Shown in pieces: positions 56,401-64,000 of a stretch of 64,000 bases of DNA (position 1 is its first letter; every line of letters starts with the position of its first letter). Where the stretch lies: the NCBI GenBank assembly GCA_002811645.1, contig PDIP01000012.1, positions 178,452-242,451 of the forward strand, in the 5' to 3' direction. This DNA comes from Corallochytrium limacisporum Hawaii. Taxonomy: Eukaryota; Protista; Pluriformea. The translations under genes were made by a program, and so were the position numbers. The notes under the pieces were generated by a model. That model was not told the origin of the DNA and made no database searches. It saw nothing but the letters and a program-made list of their open reading frames with translations.

Positions 56401-57841
56401 CTTGCCGTTCCTAAAGGAGCTAAACGCCTTGCCGGAACAGCAAAAGAAGTTCCGAATTGATCGCCACCTCGGACGCTGGACCAAGGCATTGAAGACCATG
56501 AAGGGCTGCGAACCTGGATTCTACGATGAGCTAGTGTCTGTGATCAAAAGCCGTCGTCTGTACGAGGACGCTATAAATATTCTCGTTGGCGACTCGCCTG
56601 ACCTCGACAAGCGAATCTATGTGGCCTACGCAGAGGCCTTGGATTCAATGAAGTCATCTACCGGCGGTACGGACGAGGGGGCCAAGCTGGGTGCCGCCCT
56701 GTATTTCGAAAAGGCCGGTGACTTCACAGCTGCTTTCGAATGCTATTCAAACGCCCTATGCTGGCGTGATGTCGACCGCTTGGCGCGGCGCGAACCTGAG
56801 CTCCAGCAGCGTCACTCTGAGACCCTGCGGCAGATTGCTGTGCGCATGGGAGAGCGTGTGCAATGGATTGAAGCTGCGCAGGTATACTTTGTGGGCATCG
56901 GCATGGAGGAAGGGCTAGAGGATGGAGTACAATGCCTGGTTAATGGCAGCCACTGGCGGAGTGCCATGAGCCTCTGTGAACGCGAAAAACGCACGGATCT
57001 GATTTCCACAGAGATTCGGCCCGCTGTGGAGGAGGCCTTTGAAAGCTTGGATCGCTACCTGGACAACTCTCTGGAGAAGATTGACATGTATACCGACCGG
57101 CTGGAAGTTGTGCGAAGGTCAAAGGCGGAGAAAGAGAAGAGAGAGGCTGAGGCCTTGCGGCTAATGGACGCGGATGAGATTGGGGGAGATGATGCCGAGT
57201 ACTTTGGCGATGATTTGTACAGCGACGCTGGTAGTACTGTGGCGTCGAGCCAGAGCTCCCGTCGCTCCCGGTCGTCAAAGACATCTAAGTCGTCGACCTC
57301 GACGCGATCCTCGAAAAACCGTCGTAAGCTGGAGCGTAAACAGAGGAGTCTGAAGAAAGGATCGCAGTATGAGGAAGAGGCGCTTATGCAGGAGGTTAGC
57401 AACCATATCACCGAATGTGACACCCAGCGAGAGAGTGTGCGGGATCTCCTGGAAATTGGTATGCGCCTGAATATGCTGCCCGAGGTGACTCAACTCCGTA
57501 CCAAGTATCAGCATATTCTTCAGGTCTGTGATCAGGCTCGTACTGCGGCCTTCTCCAACCATCGCCTACCCGAGAACATCTCAATTCTGCCCGCCAAGTC
57601 GGGCGCGGACGAGGCATTTGTGCGCACCGCCGTTGTCGGCTTCGTTCTGGGACCCACGTCATCACCCCAGGGTCTGCTGGCCACTGCCGCGCAGAAAGCT
57701 CTGAAGCAGGGCGCCACCCGCAGCTCTGATCCCGATGTGGAACTGACAGATCTGGAGGGCGAGAAGCAGCAGCCATTGTTTCTGCCCACCTTCCGTCCGA
57801 ACGTTGCTTGGGATTGGATCCCGCGCATTTTGCCAAAGTAA
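53441..57841 (+). CDS. ELP1: Elongator complex protein 1 (IKI3/IKBKAP)
   Basis: SVGWGKEETQFKG, WRGD..YFAV, FFERNGLRH.EF, LQMPRGNLE.IHPR, MRRHRID.NL, ALGMY.FDL.LMVAEKSQKDP.EYLPFL, and a basic RSSKNRRK.ERK region. 1466 aa, intronless. Confidence 0.98.
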   Translation: MRTFVETIRRVHPEFHGLESCNAMCNDSDRNVDYVVYTLDGNCMVAAFGLEDGSPAENAKILLWTVDVSEACPSEPTGKDAHCVNVTYVPAVEGLVVCLKSSDIVLVNVQDAEAEHVGCFESELYGAAWSNDREVLALVLGQQRADVQVTLMNSEFVPLVATYLTGPDAPEPEVTSVSVGWGKEETQFKGSGARAEERKAGGTNAIAERVRKDTLAKIHTTHRTQDPRAYIAWRGDDEYFAVNAVDEHEAEGKAFERHVRIFNREGQLHSLGVEVLGLEGPITWRPDGRMLAAVQRLPHRYDIIFFERNGLRHNEFSLIHTDAKSKDVKGGGHIVSQAAGSTDVWDVVSITFNESSDALGIHMQNRLQTHSLLQVWKMSNYKWDCQQEYKDVGTWCWVPNISPLRLHYCNRKDGRLTESQLAWDMLCDLGMSQVNMLKPSANVAVLDGRLIRVTPFDRCVIPPPMSRVTVDTKLVLGEGCVNYVTFDVTGRIMAALVGDTHLRVYGTTDQWETYSETLSVDLRECIDDKDVNADGQVAHVRQACLVGAPGWDAPIALAVIWSVASEDFSLSADRYLLVFALFGKQPNLTGKVRLQPGVEVRRMARAADDETSLLLQCNTGIRVIDLNQAPQDIKVVDTYPMNFHSGVVTHFAGRMRPNPIIMTLTNQGKLYCNMRSVRSDVTSFGFHDIGVLATTHAHQLVVLSPRELLLGIGTGSKLDIGRTIENGGKIVCVPGKSTMCILQMPRGNLESIHPRLMVLNRIREAIQAVRYDAAFKLMRRHRIDTNLLYDLNPEQFIAKTETVMKQLLQVQYASASSVYGFDPINLFLTALKPEDVSVTMYGDIITALIEGNSVTPASTVGHQKKGGASSKPIRKEPKSVTAICNAIREALETLGGSKHGMAIVATYARSQPPQLEEALLYIEKWRSAEADADDGEENSSRPSHEAILDFLCFLSDVNVLFDTALGMYNFDLALMVAEKSQKDPGEYLPFLKELNALPEQQKKFRIDRHLGRWTKALKTMKGCEPGFYDELVSVIKSRRLYEDAINILVGDSPDLDKRIYVAYAEALDSMKSSTGGTDEGAKLGAALYFEKAGDFTAAFECYSNALCWRDVDRLARREPELQQRHSETLRQIAVRMGERVQWIEAAQVYFVGIGMEEGLEDGVQCLVNGSHWRSAMSLCEREKRTDLISTEIRPAVEEAFESLDRYLDNSLEKIDMYTDRLEVVRRSKAEKEKREAEALRLMDADEIGGDDAEYFGDDLYSDAGSTVASSQSSRRSRSSKTSKSSTSTRSSKNRRKLERKQRSLKKGSQYEEEALMQEVSNHITECDTQRESVRDLLEIGMRLNMLPEVTQLRTKYQHILQVCDQARTAAFSNHRLPENISILPAKSGADEAFVRTAVVGFVLGPTSSPQGLLATAAQKALKQGATRSSDPDVELTDLEGEKQQPLFLPTFRPNVAWDWIPRILPK

Positions 57842-60800
57842 TATAATTACGGATACACCGAATAAGTTCAAAGTTACTAAACCATGTCCACAGATGGCAA
57901 GTGATGACATTCAACCAGCGATCGCCTCCGTTCCTTGGCAATCAGCCTCCACCTGGACCCCACAACCCAAACAGAAAGCAAAAGAAATTAAAGAAAAAAG
58001 AAAAATCACAAACACCCAAAACTGCACTCCCCGGAATGCTCCTCAACCCTTCGTCGACGTCAGCTTCCTCCTACAACCCCCTTCCCTCCAATCGAAGCGG
58101 TTCTCATCACCAATCCCCCTCTGCCCCGCGCATCATCGCAGTCCTCCCGGGGAGAGGGAGGGGTTCTCTCTCGCCCATATCCCCCCCAGTTCGCCTTCGT
58201 CATTGGGGCCTATTTATAGGCCGTGCGGATGACTTCTTTGGCTCCTTCCCCCAACCCCCCCTTCCAATTTCGTTTTTTTTCTTTTCCATCCAGGCCATAA
58301 GAATTCCAGTTTGGCTTTTTTCGGTGGAGAGAGAAATCATGGCAAAACTCTCAGAACCCGAAACCCGATCCAACAAAACAGGCGCTGTTTTGTGGTTCGA
58401 ATGCCTTGATTTGGGTGCTGCCACCTTTTTGACGGGTTGGTGTTGCGCTTCTGCACAGTGGGGTCCCCGGTGGTGATTTCGAGAGTTTCGTCGGGCTCAT
58501 GCAATCACAAGCCTCCAACACCAAGTTCGATTTCTTGCCCCAGGGGAGCGAGAGAGCCCAGATTGCCTGCTTCTTGCATGCTGCGCATCCAACACGAGCT
58601 GGCACGGGGGAGGTGTCACCCGCAACGGGGACCCGTCGCAGACGCACTTGTGTCCTGTGGTCCCCTTTGTTCCCTGCTTCTGCAAAAGAAGGCAGGTGGC
58701 AGACCCAAGAAGGGAAGCAGCCCAAAATAAGGTTCAAAAAAAAACACATAGCCAGTCAATCCCCAAGAAACTTGAAAAACTGGACACGCGGTGGAACACA
58801 ATGAAAAAAGCCAGCTGGGGTGGGACACCCCGCCCCCCCGGGGCAGGACGCTGCCCCTCCAGCCGGAGCCAGTAGCGCCGAGTTCTTGAAGGGAAACCCC
58901 GAATCGGAACTCCCCCCCCACCTCCCGTTCCGTCCCCCCCCCTCCCCGCCGGGGGGTTGGGTTCTCCCTTTCTTCCTGGTAGAGAGGGGGGGGTGTCCTC
59001 GAGCGCAAAAAAAAAACCCCTTTTTGCTTTCGGTGTCTATTTTTTTCTTTCCAAAGAAAAATGAAAGCTAAGAGAGCAAGCCAAATGAAAAAAAAAAGAG
59101 AAGGAAAAATGCAAAATCGAAAGCAAGCGCTCTGCTGCCGACACCCCCAACCCTCCATTTTTGGACATCTTTGGTTTGCTGCAGTGGCTGCTTCGGTTCT
59201 AGCACCCGTTTGTCCCCGAACAGGACAGTTGTGGATTCCGGCAAGCCGGGGTTGGTATATTACGCTGGTAAAAATGACTTTTACCACCACACTTGACCGC
59301 ACGCACGGCCATGTATGCATATTTTAGTGCGGTATTCTTCGTGCCCACTGGTTGTGACAAATTAGTGGCTCCGTATACCATTCCGGTGCATGTGGGTGAC
59401 GATGCTCCCCCTTTCCTTGCGGATGTGTCGACTCGCCTGCCCCGCGGCCATGTGCGGGATGCTTTCGTCGGCCAAGCTTTCCAGAGTACCGCTCTTTTTG
59501 TTTTATTCTCTCTTCTAACGGCGGCATCTCATCTTGCTTAAACCGAGCGATCACTGGGACGTGCGCGGCACCAGTACCGCAAGTGTACTGTGCACACACC
59601 CAAAGTAGCAATAGCACACACACACACACACACACGAACACACTGCGGAAACGACACCACCGATGCGCGAGGGTTTTAAGCGACCACAAAGATCGCCATC
59701 TGATTTCCAATGTCAAGAACGGACAATCCACACCATAAAAAGATCGACTTTGACCCCCCCTCCCTCCTTTTTCACCGCCTCTCCCAAACCCAAAACCCCG
59801 TGTTTTTTTTCTCTGTCTCTGTCGCTGTCTCTGTCTCTCTGTCTGTGTGTCCTTTCCCTCCCCTTTCTTTTGTCCTTCCCGGCGCTAAATATCCCGTACT
59901 TCGCCCTACTGCTCCCTCCCCCACCCCACCCCTGGCTGCGCGGCACAGAGAGAGAGAGAGTGTGTGTGTGTGGGGCGAGACAGCAAACCCTCGTCGCCAC
60001 AAAACACAGTAGCGGTGGGGAACAAAGGGGCAACCGAGAGCAGACCAGCGACAGCCACACCGAGGCGCACCGAGAGAGCATGGAGCGATGGGATAGAAGA
60101 GAGAGAGAGAGTGTGTGTGTGTGTCTGAAGAGTGTTCAGTGTCGAATGTAGGCGCTTGGCTGTCGGTGTAATTATGCCTGAAGCGATAAACCCTTCGGAC
60201 CCCGTGGACTCAACCCCCCCCCCCCGCGCCCGGGGGGCTGGTGCTTCCGATCTCGCAGCCCGCGCGACTGAAAGCGTTCCACTTTGGGAAAATTAAAGAC
60301 GAAAAAAAAACAAAGAAAGGGGCAACTGAGAAACTCGGAGTTTAAGGCCCGAATCCCGGACACCTGTCTACTACGCCTCACCCCTCCACGACGACCACCC
60401 AAAATAATCCCGAGCTAACTGAGCGATAAGGAAAATATCTACTTGTGCCAGGTAGAGTGTTCGGGTTTTGTATAGGAAATGTACGAGCGTATTTGGCAAA
60501 GCGTGCCGCATGGGATGAACTGCGGCGGCTGTGGTGGTGTGCCCATTTTCTCCAGCGCTCTGTCCCTCTTTTTGCCTCTCTCCCTTCCCCCACGCACGCC
60601 CGAGGGAGCGCAGGGGACGGGAGGCCAGGCGCACAGAGAGCGAGAGAGGCGAAAGGGCAGCGGGAGAATCAAAGCGAGAGAGTCTTGGACATCGAAAAAG
60701 AATTACCAGAGAAATCCAAAGAAAGACACAAAAAGCCACGGTCCAGGAGCAAGTTTCTCCCGTTTTCACCGGATGGATCGGGTAGAGCCGCTTCCCTTCT

Positions 60801-61199
60801 GAGCCAGGCTTTCCCCCCGTCTGAACGCTTTTTCTCGCGAATGGAGCCACTGAAAGTGAAGGGACAAGAGAGAGAGAGAGAGAGGCCCCCAGAGGGAAGG
60901 GGGGGGATTGTTGGGTTTGGGGTAGTGGTACCCTGAGCAGCAGCAGAGCCGGCCAAAGGAAAAAAAAAAACTCGTTGGGGACAGGCAAGGCGTGGATGGG
61001 CCGAGAAGAAAGAGAGAAGGAATAACCTACGAAAAATAAAAAGAAAACAAGGAAATTGCCCCCCCCCCCCCAAAAAAAATATCAAGAAGAGGGGTGAGGG
61101 AGAATATAAAGGGTCCCAGGATAACAAGAATTCGTATGCCCAAGAACCAATGCCCAAGGAGAAAAGAAAAAAAAAGACGAAGAAACAACAAGAAAGGGG

Positions 61200-61202
<3 letters not shown>

Positions 61203-61248
<46 letters not shown>
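61203..61248. repeat. (AG)n microsatellite
   Basis: Directly visible. Confidence 0.95.
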
Positions 61249-61251
<3 letters not shown>

Positions 61252-61586
61252 AGGACCAGAGGGGCGAGGGGAGGGGAACGAGAATGTGAATTAGCCCAGC
61301 CAGCCAGCCAGCCAGCCATTCATTCATTCTTATTCCATTTTAATGGTACACTACACACACACACACACGGGGGAGAGAAGAAAAAAGGTCAAAGGCCCTC
61401 CTCGCTCGGGTTGGGAGGGGTTGGGGGGGGAGGGGGGAGAGGGACGGGAGCGCAGACGGGAAGAAAAAAGTGTGTGCACTGCACAATTAAAGAGGGGGGA
61501 TGGTGGGGGAGGGGGGAGTGGGGGAAGCAGAGGAAGGTCCAAGGCCAGGGCAGAGCGGTCCAAGGGCGGGAGTGGGGGAAGTATAT

Positions 61587-61590
<4 letters not shown>

Positions 61591-61670
<80 letters not shown>
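61591..61670. repeat. Compound (CA)n-(GA)n microsatellite
   Basis: Directly visible. Confidence 0.95.
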
Positions 61671-64000
61671 CAAACACTTCCACTCAACGATGGGGGTTTA
61701 CCACTGGTACCTCTTTTCCCTTTTTCTTTCTTCCTGGGTTGCTCACAGTTGTGTGGTAGACCAACTCGTCCACTGACAGGGGGCTGCTGTCTAAAACTTT
61801 TCCAGTGTTCCTTTCCTCTCGGGTCTCCCCACCCCCCAGGCGAAGGCGGACACCCCCTTCCTCTTCCTCGTGCTGGTAGCGCGCATCTTTGGGGTGTGTT
61901 TTGACATTGGGCATCCAAGAGAGGTTTTTGTTTTGTGCTCGATATCTATGAAGGAGTATTTGCAAAGCACACAGCACTTTGTCAAGCCAATCCAACCTGG
62001 GGAGTATTCTGTGGATGCGAGACCTATGTACACAGTGCGGTTCCCGCGTGCATATCTACTAGCAGGATATCGGTTCATGTTAGTTGCACGCGCAAAGGGT
62101 ATTTTGCGACAGTCCTGACCAGAAACATATCTAGTGCTCTGGGCTTCGCACGACGAAATCTTTGCATGGACCAATTTCACGCGAACTCACCCGGTGCCGA
62201 AACGGTGGCAACAATAAGAGATCCAATGCAAAGAACTAAAACAAAGGACACTTACACACAGGAACAAAGAGGTAGTACATTATGCAAGTACCCGGACAGT
62301 AGGGTAAGGGTACCAAAATGATGGCCCAGTGGCACGGCCCCTTGCTGTCAGAGCATGACACCCAAAAAACCTCAATTCATAGAATATCTTTCCGCAGGAG
62401 ATCCCTAAGAAGTCGCGCATCAGGGAGCCTAGATTGATATCGCATCCTCCAGAATACCGTTGTTTCTGTACCGAATTGAAGTTGCTGATAGTGTCATCCT
62501 GAAACCATGCCCAACATGCACCTTGCGGTTCCACCACAGGGTACGTGTTTGGTGCATGTACCCTGCCGAGTCTCCCCGCACTGTATGGACATGCCCGGGG
62601 TGCGGCAGACAGATCGGCAAGTCAAATCGTGCCAGTGTTGCCCATTAATCATTCAAACACGTCAGAGGCAAAGATGATGCAAGCCCATTCTTTTTCTGCA
62701 TATATTTATTATATACTTCTCTTTAAATTTCCAATGGGAGTGATAGCCGCGGGCGGGTGACGTTTGAAATCGGCAGCTCCTCTCCCCCCCGGGGCAGTCG
62801 ACGGCCGGTAGGGCAACCCCAGTGATCTGGCTCCAAACTGTAAGGAAGTATACTAAGGGTTCATAAAATATTCTCGTGATATTAGCAAAAAATAAGGTCT
62901 TAGGGATCGGCTACGCGACAAGTATTTTTTTTGTCTGCGGACGGGTTGTGGAGTGGACGGTAGTCACCATGTCGAGCATCCCAGGAACGTAATAACCAGG
63001 GCCAAAGAGTGCAAAGTTGTGGAGTTTCGTATGGTGTCGCAGAACACTCTGCACAGGCCTTGGTGACGCTAGGTGATGATTTGTGTATCGCGTGGTGCCA
63101 CAGCATACAGATTTCGAATGCACAAGTTCCGGAAAAATTCGAGATCTGAGTACCGCCTTTGCCAGAGATGTTCTTTAATGGAAAAAATTGTCTAGTTTGC
63201 ATACCCAATTTTCGACTTCGGTTCAGTGGGGGAGAGTGCTAGAAATACTGCGGGACAGGCGACGAGTTTGATCTGACATCACAAAGCGGGACGTGGGGTA
63301 TGCAATCCGCCAGGGTCCCATCAGATCCTCATCGCCGACGCGGCCAAGCCATAATATGCTCTTCCTCTGGTTTGGGTCCCTCATAGTTCACATACCACAA
63401 CCATATAAAGTAGGAAATCGGGAGAACGCACGGTAATTTGCTACTCTTCTTCCCCCGTGCTCAGCGAGAACATTGGCCGTGTCTTCCGGTGGCGATGGAG
63501 CCGACCGTTCTCCCCCAGTGTACATGTACACTGTGTTTTGCTTGAAAAATACCGGCAAAGGAAAAGCACGAAAGACAAGGGGCCCAATGTAAAGATACAG
63601 AAAGTTCCGGTAATATTCGCGAGACCGTGGAGAAAGCAAAAGGGCCAACCACGCAGGAGAGGAGGGCGGGAGGGGGACTGACAAAAAGCGCTGACGCTCT
63701 CACAGACCCTCTCCAAGGTACACCGAGGTCACAACCCCAGGACCCCAGGACGGGGGACATGGTCCGGATGGACACACGGATTTTGGCAAAAGTAAAAAAA
63801 AAAAAAAAAGGGAAGGGGGAAAGGGGCAAGGGGACAAAGCGGGAGCCCACCGTCCACTCCCGGCGTGTTTGATGCAGCGGCGAAGGTCTCTCTGTTCCAA
63901 ACACCGGGAGAAAACAAAGTTGTTGACAATTTTGAGTGGTATTGGATTGTGGCTACAGGTTCCATCTTACGGCACTGGCGCAGGGATTCAAGGTCAAAGT

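Overview
Eukaryotic nuclear DNA from a compact, extremely intron-poor genome. The gene set is opisthokont/holozoan-like, so a unicellular relative of animals is a plausible source, but this is inference and not verified. Gene-dense blocks encode PBDC1, HMBS, ACADM, a NAT16-like GNAT, THUMPD1, GNL3/Nug1, AHSA1, cytochrome c, cysteine synthase, C1-THF synthase, an HSL-family esterase, an IQ-DH-PH RhoGEF, ZIP4/TEX11, a PY-motif membrane protein, a mitochondrial J-protein and ELP1. These blocks alternate with multi-kb ORF-free, microsatellite/G-run-rich islands, and there are three N gaps. Main observations: (1) a complete Tc1/mariner element (20635-22990) with perfect 31-bp TIRs, TA target duplication, an unusual DD44D catalytic spacing and a C-terminal coiled coil built from 42-bp repeats; (2) the meiotic ZIP4/TEX11 gene is split into two overlapping ORFs by a +1 frame change near 47190; (3) CDSs are essentially intronless, but splice-signal sets recur in 5' UTRs; (4) an oriented GRGTCTCA motif recurs in promoters; (5) C1-THF synthase has a cryptic mitochondrial presequence; (6) the RhoGEF ends in an HR1-like module. 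No rRNA, tRNA or CRISPR was seen.
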